Shown: positions 30,806 to 41,503 of the stretch, one piece after another
Layout of the letters: each line of letters begins with the position of its first letter
Position numbering within the stretch: position 1 is the first letter of the stretch
Source: Bacteroidales bacterium UBA1725
GTDB lineage: Bacteria > Bacteroidota > Bacteroidia > Bacteroidales > UBA932
NCBI GenBank assembly: GCA_002315815.1
Contig: DCIN01000061.1
Span: 1 to 50,496 of the forward strand
DNA: 50,496 nt
Direction: 5' to 3'
Translations under genes and position numbers: made by a program
Notes under the pieces: generated by a model
Told to the model about the DNA's origin: nothing
Databases searched by the model: none
What the model saw: the letters and a program-made list of their open reading frames with translations, nothing else

Positions 30806-31681
30806 ATGAAGAATATATTCAGAACAACAATATTCGTTCTTGTGGCCGCCCTTTGCTCAATTGCTTGCAGCAAGGAGGAGCTCAATCCTGAGAGCATTTT
30901 CTCTGATACTCTCACTACGCCGCAGAACAAGTTTGACGAGTGGATAAGTCAGCAGATTACGATTCCGTACAACATCCAGCTCAAATACAGGCTGGAAGAC
31001 AAGGAGTCAAATACGAGTTACAATCTTGCACCTGCAGAGTTCGACAAGAGCGTTGCCCTTGCAAAACTCACAAAATTCCTGTGGCTCGAGTCATACGAAG
31101 AACTGCTCGGGGACTCCTTCATCCGTCAGTACTGCCCCAAGATAATGCTTTTTGTAGGGTCTCCGGCATACAACGCTTCCGGCTCAATAGTGCTCGGTAC
31201 AGCGGAGGGAGGTATGAAAATAACCCTCTATAATGTCAATTCACTCAATCCTTACAATCTGGACATTGAATTTTTGAACTACTGGTACTTCCACACTATG
31301 CACCACGAGTTCGCGCACATTCTTCACCAGACCAAGAATTTTTCGACGGATTTCAATCTTATATCCCTCGATTACCAGTCAAGTAGCTGGGTGAATATCA
31401 CCGATTCTGAAGCTCTTAATATGGGATACATCACCCGGTATGCCAGCTCTGAGCCTAATGAGGATTTTGTGGAGATAATATCCACTTACATCACCAATAC
31501 GAAGCAATACTGGGACAATCGCGTCGCTTCCGCTTCGTCTGAGGGACAAGAGAAAATCAAGGCGAAACTCGATATTGTCAGGGATTACCTCAAGACATCC
31601 TGGGGCATCGATATGGACACACTTAGGGATATCATCCAGAGAAGGTCCAATCTCGTCACTGGACTCGACCTTACACTTTAA
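30806..31681 (+). CDS. Substrate-import-associated zinc metallopeptidase lipoprotein
   Basis: Lipobox SIAC, LGTAEGGMKITL, MHHEFAHILHQ (HExxH), YASSEPNEDFVE. Confidence 0.88.
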   Translation: MKNIFRTTIFVLVAALCSIACSKEELNPESIFSDTLTTPQNKFDEWISQQITIPYNIQLKYRLEDKESNTSYNLAPAEFDKSVALAKLTKFLWLESYEELLGDSFIRQYCPKIMLFVGSPAYNASGSIVLGTAEGGMKITLYNVNSLNPYNLDIEFLNYWYFHTMHHEFAHILHQTKNFSTDFNLISLDYQSSSWVNITDSEALNMGYITRYASSEPNEDFVEIISTYITNTKQYWDNRVASASSEGQEKIKAKLDIVRDYLKTSWGIDMDTLRDIIQRRSNLVTGLDLTL

Positions 31682-31693
31682 TACGGAAAGAGT

Positions 31694-32989
31694 ATGAAAA
31701 CAATTACAAGAATACTATTTCTGGCCTCTCTGGTCGTGGCTTTCTCCTGCCAGAGAGAGGAGGACAACATATTCGAGAAGTCTTCCACCCAGAGAATCAA
31801 CGAGGCGGTCAAGGAATACACGACTATACTCACCACACCTGAAAACGGATGGAAGATGTCATATTTCCCTCAAACCAGCCAGAAATTCGGAGGTTATGTC
31901 TTCCTTCTCAAATTCGATGACAAGGGAAACGTGACCGTGGCCAGTGAAATTTTCGATTCCGATGACACTGCCACCAGCCTTTATCAGGTGAATCAGAACG
32001 CAGGAGTCACGCTTTGCTTCGATACTTACAATGAAATTTTCACTTCTTTTTCAGACCCTTCCGCTCCTCTTGCGGGAGATACGGGCTACGGTATGGAAGG
32101 AGACAATGATTTCCTGATTGTGGAGGCGAGCAAAGACCGCGTGGTTCTCAAGGGCAAGAAGAGCGGGAGCTATTCCGTTCTGGAGCCTATGAAATCAGCT
32201 GACTGGGCCGGCTATCTCAAGTCATTCCAGACCAAGGCGGATGATATGACCTACACGGCATTCGTTCTTACCGGACCTGACAAGAGCATAAAAGTCTCTG
32301 GCAGCTACAGGAAGATGTATTTTACCTGCACTGACGAGGCAGGGGAGAGCTATGAGGAGTCTTCCGCATACATTTTCACTGACGATGGTCTCAAGATGTA
32401 CACTCCCGTGGAGGTGGAAGGACTTCTGCTCGATGAGTTCAAGTACGATGCCAAGGCTTTGAAGTTCGTTTCCACTGAGAATCCGTCCATTGTGATCACT
32501 CCTTACATAGCACCTATCGCAGAGACTTTTATGAATGGTTCCTGGTGCATCAGATACGCGAATCTGACCGGAAGCTTCACCAAATCGTGCTTCGACGCCG
32601 GCGATGCCGCATTCTACAAAAACACTGGTCTGTCGCTGATGTATGCCTACCTGTGCAAGGGAGATGATCTGATAAGCGGTTACAACAGCAACTGGGGCTT
32701 CACTACCTATACGGGACAATATGCAGGAGGAAACGGCATCAATGTAACCAAAGTTGCTGACAACAAGGTTTCTATGGTTTATGATTCCACCAAGAATCAG
32801 GGTAATGGTGATACCTTCGCGTCCTTGGGATTTACATATTATCTCAATGCGTTCAGCAACGGCACCAATCCCCGTACCTTTACAATCACTACGGATAACG
32901 TCAAGTCGCCCAGTTGGGTAAGATTGGTTGAAGACGGCAATCCCGACAACGACTTCACCCTTTATGATGAATTTGAGACATACAAATAA
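31694..32989 (+). CDS. DUF4302-like lipoprotein
   Basis: Lipobox AFSC, F..SSTQR, NGW.M.YFP....GGY, L.FDTYN, EGDNDF, L.GKKSG; usual neighbour of the preceding gene. Confidence 0.8.
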   Translation: MKTITRILFLASLVVAFSCQREEDNIFEKSSTQRINEAVKEYTTILTTPENGWKMSYFPQTSQKFGGYVFLLKFDDKGNVTVASEIFDSDDTATSLYQVNQNAGVTLCFDTYNEIFTSFSDPSAPLAGDTGYGMEGDNDFLIVEASKDRVVLKGKKSGSYSVLEPMKSADWAGYLKSFQTKADDMTYTAFVLTGPDKSIKVSGSYRKMYFTCTDEAGESYEESSAYIFTDDGLKMYTPVEVEGLLLDEFKYDAKALKFVSTENPSIVITPYIAPIAETFMNGSWCIRYANLTGSFTKSCFDAGDAAFYKNTGLSLMYAYLCKGDDLISGYNSNWGFTTYTGQYAGGNGINVTKVADNKVSMVYDSTKNQGNGDTFASLGFTYYLNAFSNGTNPRTFTITTDNVKSPSWVRLVEDGNPDNDFTLYDEFETYK

Positions 32990-32998
32990 GCCTGAAGT

Positions 32999-35167
32999 AT
33001 GAAAAGAACTATTATATTGTTTGTCAGCGTTATGACTCTCTTTCTTGCAAGTTGCAAGAAAGAGGTCGTAAACCAGCTTGACATTGTCACCGCAAACGAA
33101 CTCTTCTCGTATGAAGGAGGGGAGGGACTGATTGCGGTCACCACTTCGAGCGACCTTGAGTCCGCCGTATCCAGCGAATCCTGGGTCACCACCGTTGTCG
33201 GCAAGAATCAGGTGGCTTTAACTGTAGCCGCAAACTCGGACAAGAACTACAGGTCGGCCACCATTACTGTCAAGAATTCCCAGGGTCTCAGTAAGACTGT
33301 TGAAATCAAGCAGAAGGGAGTCAAGTATATCTTTGACGGCAAGGATGTGTCCTTCGAGGCTGCAGCCACCCTTACAGATATTGAATACTACGCTTCCGAC
33401 AAGATGGCGCTTCTGATTCCCGACAGTGCAGCCGGATGGCTGACCGGAGTGGTTACGGCGAACAAACTCACGCTTACGGTTACAGAGAACACTTCTCTTG
33501 ATTCCAGAACTGCAAGTGTGGCTTATGCTGTGAGCAGCAAATCCGGTTCATTCAAGGTTACACAGAAAGGGGCGGCTGCTTACATCAAGGATTATTCCTT
33601 CAATGATGTCGAAGCGGTGGAGAAAGGATGTGTATGTAAATACAGTTTCAAGACCAATTCAACCCTTTCCGCCAGTTGTGACAGCAGTTGGGTGGACTTG
33701 AAGGTTGAGAATGACAGCCTTACAGTGACCGTCGCCAGAAACTTCCGCAGCTCTCCCAGAGAGGCTGCAGTGAACTGGAGTGTGGCACGTTCCGAGATTT
33801 CAGGTTCGTTCATTGTTCGTCAGGAGGCCGGTACTTTCTCGTACGTTCTTGCCGTGACAGATTCTAAGGGCAATCCGATCACCGGCATTTCAAGAAACTG
33901 GAAGGCAGGAAATGATACCATATATGTAAGCAGCAATGTGAAATGGACTTCAAGCTGCGCTGACGGATGGTTCTCCGCTTCGCCTGCTCTGAATAATGAC
34001 TCGGGTCTTGATCCCGTAGCTCAAAGAGTGATTCTCACAAGCCAGAAGAATCCTTCATCCACATCCAGGAGTTCAACCATCAGCTTTACTGGAGAGAACA
34101 TCGCAGATCCTGTTGTTCTCTCTGTGAGTCAGAACGCGAACCAACTGGTTGGTGCGGCCGTTTCCAGCCTGAATTATTCCAGTATGACTGCAACCTGCAC
34201 GCCCGCCCTGCAGAGCACCAGATATCTTACGTCCATAGTGGAAAAAAGCGAACTGCAGCAACAAGGACTGGAGACTGATGACGAAGCCTTTTTCGAATAC
34301 TTTATGACCCAGTTGAAGGCAGTGGCGGAATCCTATGGCAGTTCGTTGGAAGATTTGTTGGATCTTATTCTCGTTTCCGGTACTAATACAAACAGCTACA
34401 CGGGTTTGGACCCTGATACCGACTATGTTCTGTTCGCTGTGGCTGTAGAAGGTCTGGAGATGGGAGGCGATCTTATGAGAGTTCCTTTCACGACTCCTTC
34501 CATACCTGATCCCGATGCCTCCTACTCCGCTCTGCTGGGTACTTGGACAGCATCTGCCTCCGTTACATCGAGCGGCACTACTACTACCGAACAGATTCAG
34601 GTGACCATAACTCAGAACGTTGTAAATGAGTCCGTGCTCATCAATGGACTGTTTGACACGGATCCTGATGAAGATATACCTGTATTGGCCAATGTCGTGA
34701 ACGGTAATCTGGAGATTCCTTTCAATGAGGCCAATAATATGGGTTTGTTTAATTTCGGGACATCACTGGGTGTGTGCTATGGCTGCTGGATGGGCTTCGA
34801 CGGTAAATACGTCTATACAGGAGGTAATTTCTACTATGATATAAACGGTTCAGGTACAGTTATCACCCCGAGAGCGTTCACGAGAAGCAGCGATCAGGTT
34901 CAGATAACCAGTCATGGACTTGTAGGTGGTGTTTTTGAACGCAATACTGACGGTTCCGTGGGATCGTGGATGGGCTACACTTTCACACCCAAGTATCTGT
35001 TCACCAGCTTTACCAAGCAGAGTTCATCCACTTCAGCAGTAGTCAGGAAGCAGGCTGCCAGCAAGACGAAGGATACATTCCACATCCTTCCCGGCCTCAA
35101 AAACAGGATTGCTGCTGGCGCTTCCACTCTTGAACTTGTCCGAGCCAAGTCTGATAGTATGAAATAA
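32999..35167 (+). CDS. Multi-BACON-domain surface lipoprotein
   Basis: Lipobox LASC; about four W...(V..)N....R.A.I.....V.Q units; FN3-like GLDPDTDYVLFA. Confidence 0.8.
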   Translation: MKRTIILFVSVMTLFLASCKKEVVNQLDIVTANELFSYEGGEGLIAVTTSSDLESAVSSESWVTTVVGKNQVALTVAANSDKNYRSATITVKNSQGLSKTVEIKQKGVKYIFDGKDVSFEAAATLTDIEYYASDKMALLIPDSAAGWLTGVVTANKLTLTVTENTSLDSRTASVAYAVSSKSGSFKVTQKGAAAYIKDYSFNDVEAVEKGCVCKYSFKTNSTLSASCDSSWVDLKVENDSLTVTVARNFRSSPREAAVNWSVARSEISGSFIVRQEAGTFSYVLAVTDSKGNPITGISRNWKAGNDTIYVSSNVKWTSSCADGWFSASPALNNDSGLDPVAQRVILTSQKNPSSTSRSSTISFTGENIADPVVLSVSQNANQLVGAAVSSLNYSSMTATCTPALQSTRYLTSIVEKSELQQQGLETDDEAFFEYFMTQLKAVAESYGSSLEDLLDLILVSGTNTNSYTGLDPDTDYVLFAVAVEGLEMGGDLMRVPFTTPSIPDPDASYSALLGTWTASASVTSSGTTTTEQIQVTITQNVVNESVLINGLFDTDPDEDIPVLANVVNGNLEIPFNEANNMGLFNFGTSLGVCYGCWMGFDGKYVYTGGNFYYDINGSGTVITPRAFTRSSDQVQITSHGLVGGVFERNTDGSVGSWMGYTFTPKYLFTSFTKQSSSTSAVVRKQAASKTKDTFHILPGLKNRIAAGASTLELVRAKSDSMK

Positions 35168-35204
35168 TTTTCACAATCCCGGCTCGGGAAGAATCGAATA
35201 TTTT

Positions 35205-35241
35205 GAAAGGAGGAATAACCATTGAAGTTATTCCTCCTTTC
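35205..35241 (+). terminator. Terminator hairpin
   Basis: Perfect 15-bp stem GAAAGGAGGAATAAC/GTTATTCCTCCTTTC. Confidence 0.75.
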
Positions 35242-35433
35242 CTGCTGTTAATTATAAGCTGTTTTAAGATTTTTAATGCATAAAATTGCATTTGTGTGTA
35301 TTATTTTTTACTTTAGCCAGTTAATTAGTGAAGCGAGGAGGTAATAATTGGTGAGTATTTTTGAGGACAGATATTGCTCTGAAGAGTGAAATCTGGACAT
35401 TTTTGTTGGTAGATTCCTTTTAATTAATAACCT

Positions 35434-38400
35434 ATGTTAAATAAAGTTGTACTATCGCTTATCGCGCTTATGGGTTTGACTGTTGCAGCCTTTGCCCAGA
35501 AACAAGTGACGGGTACAGTCGTGGATCAGAACGGAGCACCGCTGCCTGGCGTCGCGGTCGTTGTGGATGGAACCTCCACCGGAACCGTCACTGATACTGA
35601 CGGCCATTTTTCATTGATGGTTTCAGAAGAAAACTCTCTCTGCTTTTCATCGATTGGTTATATTGGTCTGACCCTCAAGGTAGGTGACCGCAAAACATTG
35701 GACGTTACCCTTCAGGAAGACAATGAACTTCTTGATGAGGTTGTTGTCACTGCAATGGATATCTCACGTTCCGAAAAGTCTTTGGGATATGCTGTCACCA
35801 CAGTGAAGGGTGCGGAACTCACAGTCGCACGAACTTCCAACGTTGCCAACGCCCTTGCCGGAAAGGTAGCCGGTGTGCAGGTGCAGTCCACTTCTTCCGA
35901 CCCCGGTGCAACATCCAATATCATCATTCGCGGTTTCAGTTCCATCAACGGAAACAATCAGCCTTTGTATGTAGTTGACGGTGTTCCTATCCAGAACCGC
36001 AGCATCAATTCGCTGTCAGGAGACAAATCTTCTACCATAGCCGGTATCGCCAATGTCAATCCCGAGGATATCGAATCGATGAATATACTCAAGGGTGCTG
36101 CAGCCACCGCAATCTACGGCAGCCGTGCCGCCAACGGTGTGGTTGTTGTAACCACCAAGTCCGGAAAGAGGGGCGATAACAGAAACTTCAGCATTGAGTA
36201 CAGCGGAGGTCTCCAACTTCGCCAGATTTCAACCTTCCCTATGTTGCAGAACTCTTTCGGCCAGGGTTGGAACGGAACCCAGACTTATATTGAGAATGGT
36301 TCCTGGGGTCCTGCTCTCGACGGTTCAAGACAGGTTTACGGTCCTATCTGGAACCATCAGCAGAGGATTCACGATTATACAGCCAAGGAGGATAACATCA
36401 AAGAATTCTTCGAGCTGGGCGTATCGCACAATCACAGCATCGCTTTCAGCGGCGTGTCAAACGACAACAAGGCAACTTTCTATCTCTCCTATTCAAATAC
36501 TGACGAGGACGGAATAATGCCGGGCGATTATGACGTGTTCAAGAGAAACACAATAGCGGCAAGGGCCAGCTATGAGGCCACGAATTGGCTCAAGCTTTCT
36601 TCCTCCATCAACTTCGCCCGTTCCACCATCAAGGTTGTTGATACCGATCAGGGTACTTCCGTGATCGACGGTCTTTATGAATTTCCCAGAGATATCTCAG
36701 CTGTGGACCTCAAGGACCTCTCCAATGCCTTTAACACTCCTGAGGCTTATTTCACTCCTTATGGAATCACCAACCCCTACTGGGCTCTTGCCAACAATTA
36801 TGACAACACAAATTCTCAGCAGGTGAACGGTAAGGTTCAGATTGACGCCACTCCCATCAAGGGACTCACCCTTACCTACAGAATGGGTTTCGACTATTCC
36901 AACTATGACCATAAGGCAGGTTATCCTCAAATCAATCTCGATGACGCTCTGATTGACGATGACAAGGGCTGCGCTCCCAGCTATATGAATCAGAACGGGT
37001 ATGTAATCAGCCAATATGGCAATGCATACGAGCTCAACCACGATTTTCTCGCTTCTTATAACAGGGCTTTCGGCAAATTCGATCTCACTGTCCTTGCAGG
37101 AGCCAACATCAATGAAAGGGGTGCTTCTTCTTTGTACGGCGAGACCAGCACTCTCACTTTCGATACTGGTTTCTGGGATTTGAGCAACGGTGCCGACAAG
37201 ACCAGCATTACCGAAGGTGCTTCCAAGCGTCGCCTCGTCGGATTGTTTGCTGACGTATCTTTCTCTTGGAACAGCGAGTTGTTCCTGGAAATAACAGCGC
37301 GCAACGACTGGTCATCCACCCTTCCTATAGACAAGAACAGTTATTTCTATCCCGGAGCTACATTGAGTTGGGTCTTCTCCGACAGACTCAACTGGGATCC
37401 CCTCAGCTTCGGAAAACTCCGTGCAGCATACGGTATGACCGGTAATGATGCAGACGTTTATCAGACCAGTGTGACTTACACTCAGGCTTATGCGAACGGA
37501 ACTTATTCCGGCAGCGGCCTCAAATTCCCTCTCAACGGAATCAACTCCTTCATCGCTGCGGCTACCAAGGGCAGTTCGACCCTTCGTCCCGAAATGACTT
37601 CAGAATTCGAGGTAGGAGGTAATCTTCGGTTCTTCGACGGCCGTCTGGGCTTTGACCTTGCGTATTACAACAAGAAGACCGATGATCTTATCTTCACACT
37701 CCCTACGGACCCTGCCACCGGTTACAACTATATGGTGACAAACTTCGGTATTGTCCGCAACAAGGGTTTCGAGATTGTACTCAATACAACTCCTGTCAGC
37801 ACCAAGGATTTCAACTGGCAGTTGAACTTCAACTGGTCCAAGAACAACAATAAGGTTGAAAGGCTTCCAGACGGTCTCGACGGCGGCAAGAGCCAGATAA
37901 CCAGCTTCTCCGCAGGCAATGACGCAGTCTATGTGTTTGCGGAGGTTGCCAAACCTCTGGGCGAGTTCTATACCTACCTTCCCAAGAGAAATGACAAGGG
38001 CCAGCTTATTGTGGATGCAAACGGATATCCCATCCTCAAGACAGATGTCCAGGACACCGGCAAGAATTTCCAGAACGACTGGGTAGGCGGAGTCAATACA
38101 AGCTTCAGTTGGAAGAATTTCACTCTCAGTGCTACACTTGACGTCCACAAGGGTGGTTATATGTTCTCCCGCACCAAGAATCTTATGCAGTTTACAGGTA
38201 ACGGAATAGCGACCACTTACAATGACCGTCTTCCTTTCGTCATCCCCGATTCAGTATATGAGGACGGTAATCCCAATACCACTCCCATATATCTCTACAA
38301 CAGCAGCTATCAGGATTATTTCAACCACTACGGTGCAGGACAGGGCGGAGAGTTCTACCTCATCGACCGTTCTTTCGTCAAGCTTCGCAATGTCAGTCTG

Positions 38401-38625
38401 ACCTGGAACTTGCCCAAGAAATGGATGAAGAGCATCCACTTCTCCGGAATGTCCTTGACTGCATTCTGCAACAATCTTTTCACTTGGACTCCTTCGGACA
38501 ATTACTACATTGATCCCGAAACATCTTCCTATAACTCTGTCAGCGACCTCGGTGCTCAGTTCGGTGAACTCTATTCGAATCCTGCCTGCCGCATCTGGGG
38601 CTTCAATCTGAATATCAAATTCTAG
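35434..38625 (+). CDS. SusC/RagA transporter (BT2264-like)
   Basis: KSLGYAV, NQPLYVVDG, LKGAAATAIYGSRAANG, RNDWSSTLP, LRPE, C-terminal F. Confidence 0.95.
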   Translation: MLNKVVLSLIALMGLTVAAFAQKQVTGTVVDQNGAPLPGVAVVVDGTSTGTVTDTDGHFSLMVSEENSLCFSSIGYIGLTLKVGDRKTLDVTLQEDNELLDEVVVTAMDISRSEKSLGYAVTTVKGAELTVARTSNVANALAGKVAGVQVQSTSSDPGATSNIIIRGFSSINGNNQPLYVVDGVPIQNRSINSLSGDKSSTIAGIANVNPEDIESMNILKGAAATAIYGSRAANGVVVVTTKSGKRGDNRNFSIEYSGGLQLRQISTFPMLQNSFGQGWNGTQTYIENGSWGPALDGSRQVYGPIWNHQQRIHDYTAKEDNIKEFFELGVSHNHSIAFSGVSNDNKATFYLSYSNTDEDGIMPGDYDVFKRNTIAARASYEATNWLKLSSSINFARSTIKVVDTDQGTSVIDGLYEFPRDISAVDLKDLSNAFNTPEAYFTPYGITNPYWALANNYDNTNSQQVNGKVQIDATPIKGLTLTYRMGFDYSNYDHKAGYPQINLDDALIDDDKGCAPSYMNQNGYVISQYGNAYELNHDFLASYNRAFGKFDLTVLAGANINERGASSLYGETSTLTFDTGFWDLSNGADKTSITEGASKRRLVGLFADVSFSWNSELFLEITARNDWSSTLPIDKNSYFYPGATLSWVFSDRLNWDPLSFGKLRAAYGMTGNDADVYQTSVTYTQAYANGTYSGSGLKFPLNGINSFIAAATKGSSTLRPEMTSEFEVGGNLRFFDGRLGFDLAYYNKKTDDLIFTLPTDPATGYNYMVTNFGIVRNKGFEIVLNTTPVSTKDFNWQLNFNWSKNNNKVERLPDGLDGGKSQITSFSAGNDAVYVFAEVAKPLGEFYTYLPKRNDKGQLIVDANGYPILKTDVQDTGKNFQNDWVGGVNTSFSWKNFTLSATLDVHKGGYMFSRTKNLMQFTGNGIATTYNDRLPFVIPDSVYEDGNPNTTPIYLYNSSYQDYFNHYGAGQGGEFYLIDRSFVKLRNVSLTWNLPKKWMKSIHFSGMSLTAFCNNLFTWTPSDNYYIDPETSSYNSVSDLGAQFGELYSNPACRIWGFNLNIKF

Positions 38626-38642
38626 TTCAGGAGGACTTTATT

Positions 38643-40154
38643 ATGAAGAAAATCTTATATCTCATATCAGTTGTCACAGTGGCGGTTTCCATCAGTTCCT
38701 GCTGCGGCTATCTTGACATCAACACTGACCCGAACAAACTTTCTCCCGAGAACATAACATCGAGTATGATACTTCCCGGTGTCGAGGCTGCGCTGGCCAC
38801 CAGTTACGGTGATTATTACCGCATCACCGGAGGATATTTCTCCCAGACCTACGCTCAGATGTTCGGAACTTCCAACTACATCGACTATTCTAGGTTCCAG
38901 ACGAGTTCCACCCTCAGCAGTACTCATTACACTCAGCTCTATCAGAAGGTACTGATCAACTGCAAGGACATCAAGAACAAGGCTGCAGCTTCTGAGGACT
39001 GGGGTACTTATCTTGCCGCTACAGCATATTCAGCTTTTGCATATCAGATTCTTGTGGACTGCTACGGGGAGACTCCTTATACCCAAGCTCTCGACGACAG
39101 CAATCTCAAGCCCGATTATGATGATGGTCAGGCTGTTTATGAAGGCATACTCAAGGAACTCGACGAAGCTCTCGCCAAGGCTACGGAAGGAAAGACAGTT
39201 GCTACCAACCTTCTCTATCCCAATGGCACATCCACGGACTGGATAGCATTTGCCAACAGCGTCAAACTCAAGATACTTATGCGTATGTCGAGCGTTGTTG
39301 ACAAGCAGAAGGAGCTTTCCGCCCTCATCGGAAAGAACAACTTCATAACCTCAGATGCTCAGTACGCAGGTTGCTGGCAGAATGCCCAGAATGTGGCCAG
39401 CCCTTTCTATTCCGAGGAGTTCGCCCCTTGGCATTCACAGAGCAATGTTGTCGCCAATGTGGCTCTTGTCAGAACTATGACAGAGTATGATGGTGACGGT
39501 TCCGTCAAGTATCAGGATCCCCGTCTCGCAACCTACTTTGAGAAAAATTCAAACGGAGATTTCGTCGGAGGTATTTCAGGTACAAACTTCGCTGCTAGGG
39601 CAACAGCTCCCTACAATTCTGCAGCAGGCCTCAGCCGTCCTATTGTGAAGTACGATACTCCCGTTGTTCTTATTTCTGTAGCGGAGGTCAATTTCTTCAA
39701 AGCAGAGTATTACGCAAGATACGGAACCGTGTCAGATGCAACAAACAGTTACAATGAGGCTATCCGTGCCTCGTTCGCATCTGCAGGTGTTGCCGGAGCT
39801 GACGCTAATATAGCTAAATATCCTTTCGACAAGGACAAGTATGCCGAGTGCATTGGCAAAGCCAAATGGGTTGCTCTTGCAGGAAGCAATACCTTTGAGT
39901 CCTGGTGTGAGGTACGTCGTCTCAAATATCCCGCTTTCGGCACAGTCAAGGGTAAAGATATGTGGAATGGCGCAGATGCGGTGAATGTATCAATTTATGT
40001 TCCCGGCACTCTCTACACTCCCTATCAAGTATTTGATCAGGTTGGAGAGAACAATCTTCTTCAGAGGTGGCCTTTTGCCGATGCTTCTATGAGCCGTAAC
40101 ACGAGCACTCCTGAATTCAAAGGCTATTCAGAACCTGTTTTCTGGGCTAAGTAA
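38643..40154 (+). CDS. SusD-like lipoprotein (BT2263-like)
   Basis: INTDPN, LVDCYGETPY..AL, W..FANS.KL, AEV.F..AE, KWVAL, E.W.E.RR. Confidence 0.9.
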   Translation: MKKILYLISVVTVAVSISSCCGYLDINTDPNKLSPENITSSMILPGVEAALATSYGDYYRITGGYFSQTYAQMFGTSNYIDYSRFQTSSTLSSTHYTQLYQKVLINCKDIKNKAAASEDWGTYLAATAYSAFAYQILVDCYGETPYTQALDDSNLKPDYDDGQAVYEGILKELDEALAKATEGKTVATNLLYPNGTSTDWIAFANSVKLKILMRMSSVVDKQKELSALIGKNNFITSDAQYAGCWQNAQNVASPFYSEEFAPWHSQSNVVANVALVRTMTEYDGDGSVKYQDPRLATYFEKNSNGDFVGGISGTNFAARATAPYNSAAGLSRPIVKYDTPVVLISVAEVNFFKAEYYARYGTVSDATNSYNEAIRASFASAGVAGADANIAKYPFDKDKYAECIGKAKWVALAGSNTFESWCEVRRLKYPAFGTVKGKDMWNGADAVNVSIYVPGTLYTPYQVFDQVGENNLLQRWPFADASMSRNTSTPEFKGYSEPVFWAK

Positions 40155-40193
40155 ATCTCAAAAAATAACTTGGTAATCTTGATATCGTCTTAT

Positions 40194-40889
40194 ATGAAAA
40201 ATATTCTTTATACAGCTGCCTGTCTGCTCGTGCTTCTTTGCATCGGTTCTTGCCGCAAGTTGACGACGGAAGGTGTGACCGGCATCACATATTATGCCAC
40301 GCTTACAGTGAAGGGCGACTCCAAAATTTTACATCAGAAGGGGGATGCTTATACTGATCCCGGTTGTTCCGCAGTTCTCAAAGGTGAAGATGTCACCGCA
40401 CAAATAAAGACTGAAAGCACTGTAAATATCAACAAGTCAGGCGTCTATTCGGTAAGTTATTCAGTTACTAACGTAGATGGTTTTACATCATCTGCCAGCC
40501 GCACTGTGATTGTTTATGACAAAACAGATGCTGTGGAAGGTGTCTATGCTGTCAATCCAGCCAGCTACAGCTTGAAAGATGGAGAGAAGACCGTCTATGG
40601 AGGTGATTTTGAAATTATTGTCACAAAGACTGATGACGGAAAAATCGTTTTTGATGATCTTCTGGGTGGTTATTATTGCCAGAGAGCTAATTACGGTTCC
40701 AAATATGCTATGGAAGCCACTGTGACTCTTGCTGCCGACGGTGCTATGACTCTCGAGAGCAGTCTTGTGCCCGGCTGGGAAGACAGTGCCAGTAGTCTGA
40801 CCGGCAAATATATCCGTGCAGAAAAGAAGTTTGATTACTGTGCTGTTTATGCCGAAATGGATTTTAACGTAATTTTGACAAAGAAGTAA
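40194..40889 (+). CDS. Ig-like surface lipoprotein (BT2262/DUF5012-like)
   Basis: Lipobox IGSC, TEGVTGITYY, YTDPG, GVY.V.YS..N.DGF....RTV.V, D.LGGYY..R..YG..YA. Confidence 0.8.
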   Translation: MKNILYTAACLLVLLCIGSCRKLTTEGVTGITYYATLTVKGDSKILHQKGDAYTDPGCSAVLKGEDVTAQIKTESTVNINKSGVYSVSYSVTNVDGFTSSASRTVIVYDKTDAVEGVYAVNPASYSLKDGEKTVYGGDFEIIVTKTDDGKIVFDDLLGGYYCQRANYGSKYAMEATVTLAADGAMTLESSLVPGWEDSASSLTGKYIRAEKKFDYCAVYAEMDFNVILTKK

Positions 40890-40890
40890 T

Positions 40891-41415
40891 ATGAAAAAGT
40901 TATCATACATTTTCGCAGCGGTTCTTGCTCTGACTTCAGTTTTCTCCTGTCAGAAAGATCCAATCGGTGGTACAGTTGCCAAGAATGTATCCGGACAGTG
41001 GTATGTTATGGCCCAAGGACTGAATTCCAAAGGAGAAATAACGGATCCTGATGTTTTCGGCAAACGTCTTCTTGTGCTCACCTACAATACGGCAGACAAT
41101 AATGATGATATTTTCGTCGACGATCTCGGTGCCCTTGCAGATTATAAATTGTCTTTCAAGGTTAAGGCAAAGGCTAATTTGAATGCCAGGACTTTCAGTG
41201 TCGACAAGGGTGACAACCTGTACAATACAGGCAATTCGACTGTTACCATCACTGATGCCAGGATTGTTCTGAACGGAGCTGTAACCCCCAGCGAGCAGAA
41301 AGCCGACTATATCGAATTCTGTGTTGTCTTAAGTGATGATCCATATTTGGGGCAGTATTGGGACAAACTTAAATTCAGTGGCTGGAGATACACCGGATTT
41401 GAAAAAGACAATTAA
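40891..41415 (+). CDS. Lipid-binding-like surface lipoprotein (BT2261-like)
   Basis: Lipobox VFSC, GQWYV, TYNTA, A.TPS...AD.I.F, G.RYTGF..D. Confidence 0.8.
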   Translation: MKKLSYIFAAVLALTSVFSCQKDPIGGTVAKNVSGQWYVMAQGLNSKGEITDPDVFGKRLLVLTYNTADNNDDIFVDDLGALADYKLSFKVKAKANLNARTFSVDKGDNLYNTGNSTVTITDARIVLNGAVTPSEQKADYIEFCVVLSDDPYLGQYWDKLKFSGWRYTGFEKDN

Positions 41416-41444
41416 GGTAATCAGTTATCTTCGTTTTTATCAAG

Positions 41445-41473
41445 AGGGTGGCCTTTTCGGGTCACCCTTTTTT
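41445..41473 (+). terminator. Intrinsic terminator
   Basis: AGGGTGGCC/GGTCACCCT stem and T run. A TATCTTTG -7 element follows at 41476-41483. Confidence 0.75.
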
Positions 41474-41503
41474 CGTATCTTTGCATACTCATTTTACAGA
41501 TTT

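Noticed and set aside
35367-35394. Imperfect hairpin CAGATATTGCTC-TGAA-GAGTGAAATCTG in the SusC leader
   Set aside because: A single weak stem with no riboswitch consensus; not enough to call an element.
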